In this document: positions 1 through 10,247 of the stretch, in pieces | How the letters are laid out: every line of letters starts with the position of its first letter | Position numbering within the stretch: position 1 is the stretch's first letter | Assembly: GCA_964417645.1 (NCBI GenBank) | Contig: CAYQIS010000001.1 | Span: 104,418-168,417 of the forward strand | Length of the DNA stretch: 64,000 nucleotides | Source: an uncultured Spirochaetia bacterium | Lineage (GTDB): Bacteria; Oederibacteriota; PGYV01 | Reading direction: 5' to 3' | The notes under the pieces: model-generated | Database searches by the model: none | What the model was told of the DNA's origin: nothing | The model's input: the letters and a program-made list of their open reading frames with translations, nothing else | Translations under genes and position numbers: made by a program

Positions 1-134
1 CCTGTCACGTTTGGCGGCGGTATTACAATTGAAAAAGGCGGTTTTTCCGAGTTTTCATCGGCATGAAAATATCCGTTTTTTTCCCAAAATTCATACCACT
101 TCTGTTCGGTTTGTTTTGGCTCGTACTTATCCAA
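1..134 (-). CDS. valS: valyl-tRNA synthetase, N-terminal 44 codons; the gene runs off the window start
   Basis: Reverse-complement of 1-134 translates to (L/M)DKYEPKQTEQKWYEFWEKNGYFHADENSEKPPFSIVIPPPNVTG, which is the conserved ValRS N-terminus just before the HMGH motif. Start is TTG at 134-132, with GGAGGA four nt upstream and an in-frame TAA seven codons further upstream. It is below the ORF-track length cutoff. Confidence 0.6.
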   Translation of the reverse strand, partial: MDKYEPKQTEQKWYEFWEKNGYFHADENSEKPPFSIVIPPPNVT

Positions 135-254
135 GATTCCTCCGCTTAATAAATTTTACCTTTATAATTTAAGGCAAAAGTTTTATAAATTTATCATTTT
201 TACGGTTAAATGTCAAAAAGGAAAACAGAAATTTGAATATCTGCCGTTTTTATT

Positions 255-776
255 TCACGGTCTTAAAATGCCGGATACCTTTATGTGTCCGCCGATTGTT
301 TCAACTTCATATCCTTCAACAAGCAGCCTTACTCCGTTGATATTTTTAAAATTTTTCATTACGGTATTTACCACAGAATACACCGCAAAAAATTCATTTG
401 TCGTCCCGCCCGGAAGAGCTGTCTTAAATTTTTCCGAAAGATTCAGATAACAAGTTCCGTTTGAATCCATATAAACCGATTTTACCTCGGATCCCGCAGG
501 AACAGGAGATAAAAAGCCTTCCGGAGGTTTTGCAAACAAAATATTAAGCGCCTGTTTTACCCTGTTTTCGGGTATATCCGATTCATATACAGTTGCTTTA
601 TAAAGTTTAAAATTTTCTTTCTCTGGATTGACAAAAAATATATATGCATCCAAAGGCTTGTCACCTTTCTCGAAAAGAACTTCCGAATTTCCGGCTTTCT
701 GCTCTTTTTTGGAATCACAGGCGTATAGAAAAAACACCAAAATAAAAGACAAAATAAAAACAGCCGTTTTTCTCAT
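255..776 (-). CDS. GerMN-domain lipoprotein
   Basis: Signal peptide plus lipobox-like LYAC|D. The remainder resembles the GerMN (sporulation/germination-like) domain. There is a 4-nt overlap (ATGA) with the upstream amidase gene. Confidence 0.5.
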   Translation of the reverse strand: MRKTAVFILSFILVFFLYACDSKKEQKAGNSEVLFEKGDKPLDAYIFFVNPEKENFKLYKATVYESDIPENRVKQALNILFAKPPEGFLSPVPAGSEVKSVYMDSNGTCYLNLSEKFKTALPGGTTNEFFAVYSVVNTVMKNFKNINGVRLLVEGYEVETIGGHIKVSGILRP

Positions 777-1546
777 TTTCCAGCACCCAATCTGTTAATT
801 ATTCCTTCTTTAATATGATAAGCCGTGCTGTCCAAAAATTTATCATCCCTTATATATCCCGCATCAACCGGATTATTCATATTTCCTATCTCAATAACAA
901 CCGCCTGAGCGTTTACACCGTTTAAAGGAAATACCGGCGCGGAAAAAACACCTCGCACCGGAATCGGCAGCACATCTTTTTCATCCCCGCCTGTTTGGGT
1001 AAGCGCGTCCCTTTCAAGAATTAAAGCCGACCCAAGATATTTTGATAAGGTATGCGCTGTCTGACGGCTTGAAGCTCCGTGTCTGGACTGCGCATCTTCC
1101 CATTTAACAAGAGAACCTTCGTTCGCAGGGACAAAATATGCGGCATCAGTATAATAAATCGCAATTCCTGATATCCCTGTTTGGGGCATATAATCGCAAT
1201 GGATGCTTACAAACATATCGGCTTTTATTGAGTTTGACATACCGGCCCTTTGTTCGGCGCTTATTGTGTCATCATTTTCTCTGGTAAGAACCGCTCGTAC
1301 GCCAAGCAGCGAGGAATTAATTTTTTTCGCAATACGTTTTCCAATATCAAGTGTTATATTTTTCTCGCTTGTCATATTAACGGTTATGCCATAATCAGCG
1401 CCGCCGTGCCCGGGATCTATAACAACAATTTTCTCCGCAGAAGATACCGGTTCGCCTTCCGCCTCGGGGGGACGGGTATCAAGCCCCAATATTACAGAAT
1501 TAAACAAAAAAACAATAATAATAAACTTAGAAACTAAATTTTTCAT
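773..1546 (-). CDS. N-acetylmuramoyl-L-alanine amidase (Amidase_3, AmiC-like), secreted
   Basis: Signal peptide. Has the VIDPGHGG zinc-binding motif and a later H/E motif (SIHCD) typical of Amidase_3. Overlaps accA by 4 nt. Confidence 0.75.
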   Translation of the reverse strand: MKNLVSKFIIIVFLFNSVILGLDTRPPEAEGEPVSSAEKIVVIDPGHGGADYGITVNMTSEKNITLDIGKRIAKKINSSLLGVRAVLTRENDDTISAEQRAGMSNSIKADMFVSIHCDYMPQTGISGIAIYYTDAAYFVPANEGSLVKWEDAQSRHGASSRQTAHTLSKYLGSALILERDALTQTGGDEKDVLPIPVRGVFSAPVFPLNGVNAQAVVIEIGNMNNPVDAGYIRDDKFLDSTAYHIKEGIINRLGAGK

Positions 1547-2505
1547 ATTTTATTAAATATACCCATGTTTCTGAATTTTTCATACCTTTCATTCAAAAGG
1601 GTTTTAACATCCTTTTTTAAAAGATCGTTTATATTTCTTAAAAGCGCTTTTTTCAGGTTGGCCGCTGTGGTTTCATAATCTGTATGAGCGCCTTCCAAAG
1701 GCTCCTCAACAATCTCATCAATAACTTTTATAGACAAAAGATCGTTGGCGGTTGGTTTTAAAGCGGACGCCGCATCCGCAGCCCTGCCGCTGTCCTTCCA
1801 CAAAATTGCAGCCGCTCCTTCCGGAGATATTACACTGTAGAAACCGTATTTAAGCATAAGCACTCTGTCCCCCACTCCGATACCCAATGCCCCTCCGCTT
1901 CCGCCTTCGCCTATGATTGTAACAACTATGGGTGTCTTTAATCTTGCCATTTCATGAAGATTCCTTGCAATAGCCTCGGCAACTCCGCGTTCTTCCCCTT
2001 CAATTCCGGGGAAAGCGCCGCTGGTATCAACAAGAGTTATTACGGGCAAGCCAAATTTTTCGGCAAACTTCATAAGCCTTAAAGCCTTTCGGTACCCTTC
2101 GGGCTGCGACATGCCAAAATTCCTTAAAAGATTTTCTTTTGTGTCTTTGCCTTTTTGAAGCCCTATAACCATCACTGGTATTCCTTCAAGACTGCAAATA
2201 CCTCCGATCATCGCCTTGTCATCTCTGAAAGATCTGTCACCGTGCATCTCATTAAAATCGGTAAATATTAATTTAATATAATCAAGCGCTCTTGGTCTTG
2301 CCGGATGACGCATAATCTGCACAATATTCCAAGGCGTAAGATTCATATAAATTTCCTGTTTCATATTGTTTATCTTCTCTTCAAGAGCTTTTATTTCTTT
2401 CTCTGCATTAAGATGCTTGGAAGCTCCTGATTTTAACTTTAAGTCTTCAACCATTTTTTTGAGTTCATATATCGGCTTCTCGAACTCAAGCGGTTTTTGG
2501 GACAT
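1543..2505 (-). CDS. accA: acetyl-CoA carboxylase carboxyltransferase alpha subunit
   Basis: 320 aa, similar along its full length to AccA. Begins with a coiled-coil N-terminus and contains the GGSGGALG and GxxPEG motifs of the crotonase-fold carboxyltransferase. Confidence 0.9.
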   Translation of the reverse strand: MSQKPLEFEKPIYELKKMVEDLKLKSGASKHLNAEKEIKALEEKINNMKQEIYMNLTPWNIVQIMRHPARPRALDYIKLIFTDFNEMHGDRSFRDDKAMIGGICSLEGIPVMVIGLQKGKDTKENLLRNFGMSQPEGYRKALRLMKFAEKFGLPVITLVDTSGAFPGIEGEERGVAEAIARNLHEMARLKTPIVVTIIGEGGSGGALGIGVGDRVLMLKYGFYSVISPEGAAAILWKDSGRAADAASALKPTANDLLSIKVIDEIVEEPLEGAHTDYETTAANLKKALLRNINDLLKKDVKTLLNERYEKFRNMGIFNKI

Positions 2506-2522
2506 TATTTCCTCCTGTAAAT

Positions 2523-3209
2523 TTAAAAGTAGCTGATATAAGTTATTTTAAGAAGTCTTGCCTGTCTTATATCATAATCAGACATTCCATACTTTAACAC
2601 TATATCTATCTGTATTGGATCAAAATAATATCCTACAGAAACATTTATATGTCCTCTTTCATCCAAAATTATGCTGTCGTATTCCGCCGAAATTGTAAAT
2701 TCTCTTGTTATGGCAAGCGCAAGACCCGCCCCAATATCAATATCTCTGCCAAACGGTCTGAATGTATTTGTATATGCAGCTCCCGAAAGCTGAATATAAA
2801 CATTCCCAAAAGCCGCTTCCTTGGTTATCGCCAAAAAGGCTCCTCTTTCCTGAACATCCATATAGCGTTCGCCTTCATACCCGACGGCAATTGCAGGTAC
2901 AGCTCCGTCATCATCAGTAAATCTTACTTTTGCCAAAAATTTGGGCGGTATAACAAATTCAACATTCCCGCTTCCAATCAAATTATTTACATTAAAAGCC
3001 CCTCCAATCATCAGTCTGTCAAATATGCCCACATAAAGTTTGTTAAGTATTCCTCCTCCGGGATAAAACCTGGAATTATATCTTACTTCTCCCTTTAACA
3101 TGGAATTTCCCGTGGGAATGTCAACAAGCTCTATATTTCTTGCCTGTGCGGCAAAAAGATTTAATCCAAAAATTAATGCCGTTAAAACTGCCGCCAAAAA
3201 ATTTTTCAA
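2523..3209 (-). CDS. hypothetical outer-membrane beta-barrel protein
   Basis: The track ORF is 2523..3284. I prefer an in-frame TTG at 3209 preceded by AAGGAG, giving MKNFLAAVLTALIFGLNLFAAQA|RN, a clean signal peptide. The rest has alternating amphipathic strands and a C-terminal ...YISYF with terminal Phe, as in OM barrels. Confidence 0.4.
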   Translation of the reverse strand: MKNFLAAVLTALIFGLNLFAAQARNIELVDIPTGNSMLKGEVRYNSRFYPGGGILNKLYVGIFDRLMIGGAFNVNNLIGSGNVEFVIPPKFLAKVRFTDDDGAVPAIAVGYEGERYMDVQERGAFLAITKEAAFGNVYIQLSGAAYTNTFRPFGRDIDIGAGLALAITREFTISAEYDSIILDERGHINVSVGYYFDPIQIDIVLKYGMSDYDIRQARLLKITYISYF

Positions 3210-3298
3210 TCCATGCTCCTTGTAAAATAAATACCTAATTTTACCAAAAATATTCCGTCTGTTGAAGTAAAAATTTAAAAACACGGCGGAATTTCACA

Positions 3299-4882
3299 TT
3301 ATGGCACCGTTTTCATCAATCTTTGGGCCTTATTCATCATTATCGCCGCCTCTTCCGTTCTTCCCGCCTTAGCCAAAGCAACTGCATAATTATTAATTAA
3401 ACCATACGAATTGTCGTTCAATTCCGCAGCCCTTTCATAATAATATAATGCCTCTGAAGGCTTACCCGCCCTTAACAATGTATTTCCGGCATTAAAAAGC
3501 GCGCCATGAAAATACGGATGCAAATGTAATGAATTGTCATAAAAAAACAATGCCTTTGTATCATTGCCGGAAAGAGCATAAAATACACCCGCATAAAAAG
3601 AAATCAAATAATCGCTTTTTATGTATTCAATATTATTTTCTATATATCTTATCACCGACGGATTATTTAAAGAATTTACAGCGGCCTGCATTTTATAGCG
3701 CACATGTCCTTCCTTCAAAATAACACCCGCTGAAAAAATCATAAAAACAGCGGGTACAAGAAGTATTTTTCCCGAAATATTTTTTGTATTTATTTTCTGC
3801 CCCGCCGTTAAAACAAAAAACAAAGGGAAAACAAAAGCCATGTAAAAAGGAAAATTAAACAATGCGAACACTGCAATACCCGCGGATGACAGGAAATATG
3901 AAAATCCCAGATCATAAGACGCTTTAAGCCCAAAAATTACCCCCAAAATAAAAATAATTGACAATATTACACCGTTTTCGGCAAATATCTGGGCGTAATC
4001 ATTATGCGCATAGGCTTCATCGTGTGATTTGCCTTTATCCATATATTTTGGGGAAACTATCACATAGCTTCCAGGACCTGTGCCGCTTAATCCGGATATA
4101 CCGGCATGATATGCGGCTTTTAAAAGTGTTGTTCTTATTTCCGCCGAACCCTTCTTATCCCATACAATAAAAAAAACTCCCATAGAAACTAAAACAAAAA
4201 CCGCTATTATAGCATTAACCTTACGGTTTCCAAGCGTTTTCTCTTTTATGATTACAGCCAAAAACATTATCGCAACAATATATAAAGCGCTGAAACTTTT
4301 TGTCATAAAAAGCAGAGGAATAACAAGCATTGAGGCCAGACGCCCCGTTTTACCCGAATAAAAAGCAATCGGTATAACCACAATTAAAAATGCCGCAAAA
4401 TAGTCCGGATTTCCAAAAAGCGAATATATCCGGCCGTTGAATGCATCATTAAAAAAAATCTGATGTCCGGAAATAAAATCAACCAGCTGTATATATCCGG
4501 CAATTCCGGAAATAACAAGTGGCACGAAAGAATATCTGCTTACTTTTTCCAACAGAAAATTTCCCGCATTCAAAGCGGAAATTGATATGCAGAAAAAACA
4601 TCCAATTCTTGCAAGCTCTTTTATCTTCAAAGACAACTGGGGCAACGGAGACATAAAAGCATTTAATCCGACCAAAACAAATAAAACAAACCAAAATAAA
4701 TTTATGTAATTTATTTTCACAGAAGAGAAAGAAATTAATGTCAATCCCATAAAACATGACACACAAAGCAAAGCAAGACTTATTGTAATTAAATTCTGAT
4801 AAATTGCGGGATGCTGAATAAAAGGCACCGCAAAAACCGCGGCAAGAAGGTTTAATTCCGCGATTCTTTTTGTTGTTTTCAT
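3299..4882 (-). CDS. polytopic membrane protein with O-antigen-ligase-like (Wzy_C) core and C-terminal TPR repeats
   Basis: About 10 predicted TM helices with a Wzy_C-like periplasmic loop, then about 120 aa of TPR-like repeats ([33 protein letters not shown]). Paralog of 5340..7634. 4-nt overlap with nrdR. Confidence 0.6.
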   Translation of the reverse strand: MKTTKRIAELNLLAAVFAVPFIQHPAIYQNLITISLALLCVSCFMGLTLISFSSVKINYINLFWFVLFVLVGLNAFMSPLPQLSLKIKELARIGCFFCISISALNAGNFLLEKVSRYSFVPLVISGIAGYIQLVDFISGHQIFFNDAFNGRIYSLFGNPDYFAAFLIVVIPIAFYSGKTGRLASMLVIPLLFMTKSFSALYIVAIMFLAVIIKEKTLGNRKVNAIIAVFVLVSMGVFFIVWDKKGSAEIRTTLLKAAYHAGISGLSGTGPGSYVIVSPKYMDKGKSHDEAYAHNDYAQIFAENGVILSIIFILGVIFGLKASYDLGFSYFLSSAGIAVFALFNFPFYMAFVFPLFFVLTAGQKINTKNISGKILLVPAVFMIFSAGVILKEGHVRYKMQAAVNSLNNPSVIRYIENNIEYIKSDYLISFYAGVFYALSGNDTKALFFYDNSLHLHPYFHGALFNAGNTLLRAGKPSEALYYYERAAELNDNSYGLINNYAVALAKAGRTEEAAIMMNKAQRLMKTVP

Positions 4883-5343
4883 TGATTTTTTTCTGTCAGA
4901 AACTTCTTTAATTCTTTTGTAAAAGCATTTACATCTTTAAACTGCCTGTAAACCGAAGCAAAACGCACATACGCAACCTGATCAAGTACGGCAAGTTTTT
5001 CCATTACAATGCTTCCTATTATTGCAGCCGGCACTTCTTTTTCCATTCTGCTGTAAAGCTGCTTTTCGATATCATCAACAACTTCTTCAAGCTGTTCAAG
5101 CGATATTGGTCTTTTCTCGCATGCCTTAATCAGACCGTTTAAAATTTTTTTTCTGTCAAAAGGCTCCCGCCTTCCGTCTTTTTTTATAACCATCGGAAGA
5201 GAATGCTCAATCTGTTCGTATGTTGTATATCGCTTTGTGCACTTTAAGCATTCCCGTCTGCGTCTTATGGCCTCTCCGTCTTTGCTTTCCCTGGAATCAA
5301 CAACTTTATCGGATTTATGGCCGCAATAAGGGCATTTCATCAT
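4879..5343 (-). CDS. nrdR: transcriptional repressor NrdR
   Basis: [43 protein letters not shown] is the NrdR zinc ribbon. It is followed by an ATP-cone domain. 154 aa. Confidence 0.9.
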   Translation of the reverse strand: MMKCPYCGHKSDKVVDSRESKDGEAIRRRRECLKCTKRYTTYEQIEHSLPMVIKKDGRREPFDRKKILNGLIKACEKRPISLEQLEEVVDDIEKQLYSRMEKEVPAAIIGSIVMEKLAVLDQVAYVRFASVYRQFKDVNAFTKELKKFLTEKNQ

Positions 5344-7634
5344 TTACCCCCTTTTTTCAGCGTCTCTATCTTTTCAACGGGTCTGGGATCATTGGGATCT
5401 ATTTCAGCCGCACGTCTGTATGCCTCAACAGCGTTCTCTTTCTGACCCATGGTTTCATATAATATGCCAAGATTCATATAACCTTCTTTATATCTCGGCC
5501 ATTCAGTTACGGCTTTTTTGAATGTGTCCAGCGCTTTTTCCCTGTTGCCCTCATTAAAATAAATTATTGCAAGATTGCTGTATGTGGAAGACATTGACAT
5601 CAAATCTCTGAACCACTGTTTTCCGGATACAGCCAGCTCATAATACTTCTTTGCTTCGGCAATATATTTCGCGGATTCCTGCTGTCCCGCAAACTGCCTT
5701 GCCATAAGCATATTTATATACCCAAGATAACTGTACGGGGTTGCAAAATCAGGATAAATTAAAGCATACTTCATTGCAAGCTCTGCAGCTTTTGCCATTT
5801 CACCGGAATTTATATATATGGTTGCAAGATCCAATGCAAAATAAGCGTTATTCTTGTCCCTTTCTATTGCCTCGTTATAATTTTTAACAGCTTCATTATA
5901 AGCATTTCTGTCGGCAACTTCCGCATACAATTTATAAGACCTTGCAAGATTATTATAATTGTAACCGTTCATGTCATTAATTTTAAGAGTCACTTTATGC
6001 GCATTTATAGCCTGTTCGGCCAATGCCTTTTTCATATTAAAATCTTTTTCTGCTCTGCTTGAACGCTCAAATGCAATGCCGTATTTTACCCAGTAAATCT
6101 CTCTTTGCGGATTTAACGTTACCGCTCTTCCGTAATAATGAAGAGAGTCTTTTTCATATCCTGCAGGACCGTCTATTATTACATTTCCTATTTTAAAATA
6201 CATATCCGCAGCCCAATAAACCGTAAATATAACCGAAAATACAATCGCCAGCGACGAGAAAAGCATTATAAAAAATCCCTTTTTATTTTCCATTTTAAGC
6301 TTCCCGCCCAAATCAACGACATAAAATCTGCTGCCGCCGGTGTCCATAAGAATTATCATTGCAAGGGCAAGCCAGAACATCATGCCATATGCCACAACCG
6401 TGTAATTAAAAAGCCCCTGTATGAAATACGCAATTACAGCCATAAAAAAACCAAATGCCATATATCTTTTGTTTATATTTTTGTCTGTCGTGAAAATCGC
6501 GAAAGATTTTTTGAAGAAAGCAATTATAAGCAAAATATATGAACTTAATCCCACAATGCCCTGTGTTGCCAAATATTGAAGAAATATATTATGAGTTTTT
6601 TCCGGTGTTCCGTTCCATTCCAGCCTCCAATATTCCGCGGTTCTGTAATAAGGAAATGCAACCTGAAAAGAATCAAGCCCTTTGCCAAGCACAGGATTGT
6701 CCATAAACATTTTTAACGCGCTTTTAAATATGTGTGTTCTTGGAGTTTTGTCTATTCCTTCAATAAATATACGGGATATCCTTGTGGCAACATCTCCAAA
6801 CGCTTCATGAACTTTTGCCGAAAACAATAAAATTAGAATTATTATTACGGCGAAAGCAATAAACCAGGGCTTATTATGTGAAAAAAGTTCGCTTTCCTCC
6901 TTCCTTGAATCATATACTGTATATGCCGTTATAAACAAAACGGTAATCGCCATGCTTAAATATCCGGCTCTTGACTTGGTAAGAAAAAGCACCAAAACCG
7001 CCATCAAAAGCACAAAAAGAACCGTAATTTTTCTTGTTTTATTTGTTAACACAAAGAAAAGTATAAACAATATGGGTATGGTTTCAACAAGATAGGCAGC
7101 AAGAAAGTTGGGATTTCCCAGGGTCGAAAAAAATCTCCCCGGATTATATGTCTCAGGATTCCACTTTACAAAATCAACATGAAAATTTTGTGCAATTCCA
7201 TAAAGAGCAACAACAAAAGTGGCAATTGCAATTATGCCGATAACTTTTCCTGTAAAATGTTTTCCCGCCCCATAAATTACAACCACATAATAAAACAACA
7301 AATAATTAATTACGGTTAATATGCCCTCATAATCCTCATAAACTCCAAATATGGAAACATTATGGTTAATTGTAAAAATTGTGCTCAAAACGGAAGAAAC
7401 AGCCAGTGCCAGAATCGGAAAATCAAGTGCGGTTTTCATAAAAGCCAGTTTTTTTTCATACAAAGCCGCAATAAGATACATAAAAACAGCAAAAGAAGTA
7501 ATAACCCTGAATACATACATCTTGTTAATTTCAAAAACATCATTTGTTTTTGTAAAAAAAATTACCGGTACCATCAGCACTATAAACAGCACTGACAGCT
7601 CTCCGGCTTTTTTTGCAAACCTTTGAGCGTTCAC
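5340..7634 (-). CDS. polytopic Wzy_C-like membrane protein with long C-terminal TPR domain (PglL/TfpO/WaaL superfamily candidate)
   Basis: 764 aa. The N-terminal roughly 450 aa has at least 10 TM helices and Wzy_C-like features. The C-terminal roughly 300 aa is TPR-rich. Lies 16 nt downstream of a pilin-like gene. Confidence 0.6.
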   Translation of the reverse strand: MNAQRFAKKAGELSVLFIVLMVPVIFFTKTNDVFEINKMYVFRVITSFAVFMYLIAALYEKKLAFMKTALDFPILALAVSSVLSTIFTINHNVSIFGVYEDYEGILTVINYLLFYYVVVIYGAGKHFTGKVIGIIAIATFVVALYGIAQNFHVDFVKWNPETYNPGRFFSTLGNPNFLAAYLVETIPILFILFFVLTNKTRKITVLFVLLMAVLVLFLTKSRAGYLSMAITVLFITAYTVYDSRKEESELFSHNKPWFIAFAVIIILILLFSAKVHEAFGDVATRISRIFIEGIDKTPRTHIFKSALKMFMDNPVLGKGLDSFQVAFPYYRTAEYWRLEWNGTPEKTHNIFLQYLATQGIVGLSSYILLIIAFFKKSFAIFTTDKNINKRYMAFGFFMAVIAYFIQGLFNYTVVAYGMMFWLALAMIILMDTGGSRFYVVDLGGKLKMENKKGFFIMLFSSLAIVFSVIFTVYWAADMYFKIGNVIIDGPAGYEKDSLHYYGRAVTLNPQREIYWVKYGIAFERSSRAEKDFNMKKALAEQAINAHKVTLKINDMNGYNYNNLARSYKLYAEVADRNAYNEAVKNYNEAIERDKNNAYFALDLATIYINSGEMAKAAELAMKYALIYPDFATPYSYLGYINMLMARQFAGQQESAKYIAEAKKYYELAVSGKQWFRDLMSMSSTYSNLAIIYFNEGNREKALDTFKKAVTEWPRYKEGYMNLGILYETMGQKENAVEAYRRAAEIDPNDPRPVEKIETLKKGGK

Positions 7635-7650
7635 TTTATTCCTCGCTTTT

Positions 7651-8073
7651 TCAATATGTTGAGTAGATATTGCCTTTTATATCTGTTGCGGTTGAATTTA
7701 TATAAACCCAGCCGCTTTCCTGATTATAATACCATCCTTTACCGGCAGTGGTTGGGTAAGTGTTTCCTGTTGTAACCTCATTTCCATAAGGAGGATTGGA
7801 CACAGGTTTATGGGCCTTTACATAAGGAATGCTTGCCATGCACTGTCCAAACAAAGGGTCTTTAACGTCAAGGGTGTCCGGCAGTTTTGCATAACCGCTG
7901 TAATAAACCGTTATGGCTCCCCTTATGGCCCCCATATTGCCTATGGTGGCAGCAAGATTGGCTTTTTCTATTGAATCGCCGAACTGTATAAGTCCTACCG
8001 CCGCAAGAATCGCTATAATTCCCACAACTATCATTAATTCAACCAATGTAAACCCTTTGTTCTTTTTCATCAA
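7651..8073 (-). CDS. type IV pilin-like / pseudopilin (prepilin-type N-terminal cleavage/methylation domain)
   Basis: MMKKNKG|FTLVELMIVVGIIAILAAV is a class III signal with Glu at +5. C-terminal ...IKGNIYSTY is shared with the paralog at 8672..9103. Confidence 0.7.
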   Translation of the reverse strand: MMKKNKGFTLVELMIVVGIIAILAAVGLIQFGDSIEKANLAATIGNMGAIRGAITVYYSGYAKLPDTLDVKDPLFGQCMASIPYVKAHKPVSNPPYGNEVTTGNTYPTTAGKGWYYNQESGWVYINSTATDIKGNIYSTY

Positions 8074-8663
8074 ATCTTATACCTTCCGGTTGAATTTTTT
8101 AATTTCTTAATGATTTTATGCAGACCGTTTACGGCCGCCAAAGCTTCTTTTTGCAGTTCTTTTCCTCCTGATTTTTTCTTAAGAGATTCCGCCATATTAT
8201 CAAGCTTTTCTATAATTTTTCTGTCTTCAGAAATCATATTTCTTATGCCGTTTATCATTTCATTTATTGCATCAGCCAATTCCTGCAAATCGTCATCTTT
8301 TCTGAATTTAATCACGGTTGAAAAATCACCTGTCTTAAGCTGCTCCGCAACTTTTTTTACCCTGTAAATCGGTCCCGCGATTCTGTGAGAAAGAAACACA
8401 CCCGCAACAGCGCTTAACACGCCAAGAACAACCGATGCCGCGGCAACCGTCCATGTGCTGGAAAGAAAAATATGCGACATTTTTTTTGCCGCTTCAGGCA
8501 CAAAGAAAAACTCATCAATTACCTGATTCCATATCATATAGAAGGTCGTAAAAGAAACGGTAAAAACCGAAATAAGAAGCAAAGACAAAAGAACAAAAAT
8601 ATATTTAAATTGAAATTTTCTGTCAACAATAAATATTTTTCTTCGATATTTTTGGATTGTCAT
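8070..8663 (-). CDS. small membrane protein with two TM helices and a HAMP domain, no output domain
   Basis: TM1 (about residues 20-42), a short loop, TM2, then a HAMP-like amphipathic segment (HRIAGPIYRVKKVAEQLKTGDFSTVIKFRKDDDLQELADAINEMINGI) and a coiled-coil tail. 4-nt overlap with the downstream pilin gene. Confidence 0.55.
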   Translation of the reverse strand: MTIQKYRRKIFIVDRKFQFKYIFVLLSLLLISVFTVSFTTFYMIWNQVIDEFFFVPEAAKKMSHIFLSSTWTVAAASVVLGVLSAVAGVFLSHRIAGPIYRVKKVAEQLKTGDFSTVIKFRKDDDLQELADAINEMINGIRNMISEDRKIIEKLDNMAESLKKKSGGKELQKEALAAVNGLHKIIKKLKNSTGRYKI

Positions 8664-8671
8664 ACCGCCCC

Positions 8672-9103
8672 CTAATATGTCGAATATATATTTCCGTTTA
8701 TATCAACAGCCACCGAATTTATATAAACAGAACCGTCGTTTGGTTTATAATACCAGCCTTTTCCCATTGTATTCGGCGAATCAGAACCCAAAGTAACCTG
8801 ATTTCCTGCCGGCATTGCTTCCTTTGGATACTTTGCCTTTACATAAGGAAGCTCCCCCGTGAAAACTTTTGAAAACTGAGGCTCCTGCCGGTAGTCAATG
8901 GATTTTGGCATCTCCACAAAAGTTCCATAATATATTCCCACGGCCGAACGAAGCGAGCCAAGATTTGCAATCGTTGCGCCAAGATTTGCTTTTTCCAATA
9001 ATTCGCCATATTTTGGGATTGCAATGGCCGCAAGAAGTCCCACAATAGCGACAACTATAAGAAGCTCCATTAAAGTAATCCCTCTTCTCCCCTTAATTTT
9101 CAC
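8672..9103 (-). CDS. type IV pilin-like / pseudopilin
   Basis: The track ORF starts at 9133. I prefer GTG at 9103, preceded by GGAGG plus a 7-nt spacer, giving MKIKGRRG|ITLMELLIVVAIVGLLAAIAIP (Glu at +5). The C-terminus ...INGNIYSTY is paralogous to 7651..8073. Confidence 0.7.
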   Translation of the reverse strand: MKIKGRRGITLMELLIVVAIVGLLAAIAIPKYGELLEKANLGATIANLGSLRSAVGIYYGTFVEMPKSIDYRQEPQFSKVFTGELPYVKAKYPKEAMPAGNQVTLGSDSPNTMGKGWYYKPNDGSVYINSVAVDINGNIYSTY

Positions 9104-9150
9104 GAAATAACCTCCGCAAATTTTTTGCATCATCCTTCCACTTCCGTGAA

Positions 9151-9594
9151 TTAAAAACCGCTTTCAATCTCCCTTATTTTTTGCAGCCGCTTATCATGCC
9201 TTCCTCCCTCATAAGGGGTTTCAATCCATATCTTTAATATTGCTTTTGCCAAATCCTTGCCAATAAGTCTTCCCGGCAGCACCAAAACATTGCTGTCATT
9301 ATGGCGTCTTGTCATTTCGGCCGAATATGTATTGTCAACAAGCGACGCAAGTATTCCCTTGTGTTTGTTTGCCGCAATTGACATTCCTATTCCCGTACCG
9401 CAGATTAAAATTCCTCTTTCCGCTTTTTTTTCCTGTATCATTTTACATACTGCAGCCGCAAAATCCGTATAATCAACCGGCGAATCATCATAAGGACCGC
9501 AGTCAAAAAACTCAATTTTCATTTGTTCAAGTTCTTTTTTTATTATTTCTTTTAATTCAAAACCGGCATGATCACTTCCCAGTGCTATTTTCAT
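9151..9594 (-). CDS. rpiB: ribose-5-phosphate isomerase B (RpiB/LacA/LacB family)
   Basis: MKIALGSDHAGFELKEIIKKEL... is the canonical RpiB N-terminus. 147 aa, with the conserved Cys in ...ILICGTGIGMSIAANK. Confidence 0.85.
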   Translation of the reverse strand: MKIALGSDHAGFELKEIIKKELEQMKIEFFDCGPYDDSPVDYTDFAAAVCKMIQEKKAERGILICGTGIGMSIAANKHKGILASLVDNTYSAEMTRRHNDSNVLVLPGRLIGKDLAKAILKIWIETPYEGGRHDKRLQKIREIESGF

Positions 9595-10183
9595 TAATTG
9601 TCTCCGGCAACAAGAATGTGTGTTCCGAATTATATTTTTTTACAACCTGAGGAGAAAAAATTATGTCATAAAGCCATGAAATTAAAAAAGCCCCCGTACC
9701 CGTATAAAGCATTATCCTTGGTATATTATGATCGCCGCTTTCTTTCTCCGGTGTAAGAAGCTGCTGTATGCCCACACCCATAAGTATCACGGATACGATT
9801 TCAGCCGACATCAATGACATTCCAGCATTATAATCCTTTGCATAAAAATGCCCCGCGCCATGGGTTATAAAACCCGGAAAAAGAGCTTTTTGAAAAGCAA
9901 CATCCGGAGAAAGAGGGGAAACAAGAGTTCCTACTTCAACTTCATCCTGGGTTATATATTCCTGCTCAAGCCAGCTTGAAGGCGTTGTGGTATGCTTAAT
10001 ATATTTTATTTCCTGCCAAGGAATCGATATCTCCTTTCCGTTTGAAAGTACCAATTCAACATAATAAGAATCAAAACCTTTTACTTCCGCTTCAAAAATC
10101 TGCTCGTCCTTAAGCATTATTATATCCGCATGCAGAGTTGTGACAGCGGCCAATATCAAAACAACCCATATAATTCGCTTCAT
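9572..10183 (-). CDS. hypothetical secreted/membrane protein
   Basis: N-terminal signal peptide (MKRIIWVVLILAAVTTLHA), a soluble segment, then two predicted C-terminal TM helices. No family recognised. 23-nt overlap with rpiB. Confidence 0.4.
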   Translation of the reverse strand: MKRIIWVVLILAAVTTLHADIIMLKDEQIFEAEVKGFDSYYVELVLSNGKEISIPWQEIKYIKHTTTPSSWLEQEYITQDEVEVGTLVSPLSPDVAFQKALFPGFITHGAGHFYAKDYNAGMSLMSAEIVSVILMGVGIQQLLTPEKESGDHNIPRIMLYTGTGAFLISWLYDIIFSPQVVKKYNSEHTFLLPETINENSTGK

Positions 10184-10247
10184 TTTTCACCTTTTCAATT
10201 TATATTTATTTCTAATTATATATCAAATATTATGCTTATTCCATTGC

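Noticed and set aside
9104-9133. Longer start for the second pilin (MMQKICGGYFV…)
   Set aside because: Prepilin leaders are short and basic. GTG at 9103 has GGAGG upstream and yields the canonical MKIKGRRG|ITLMEL leader.
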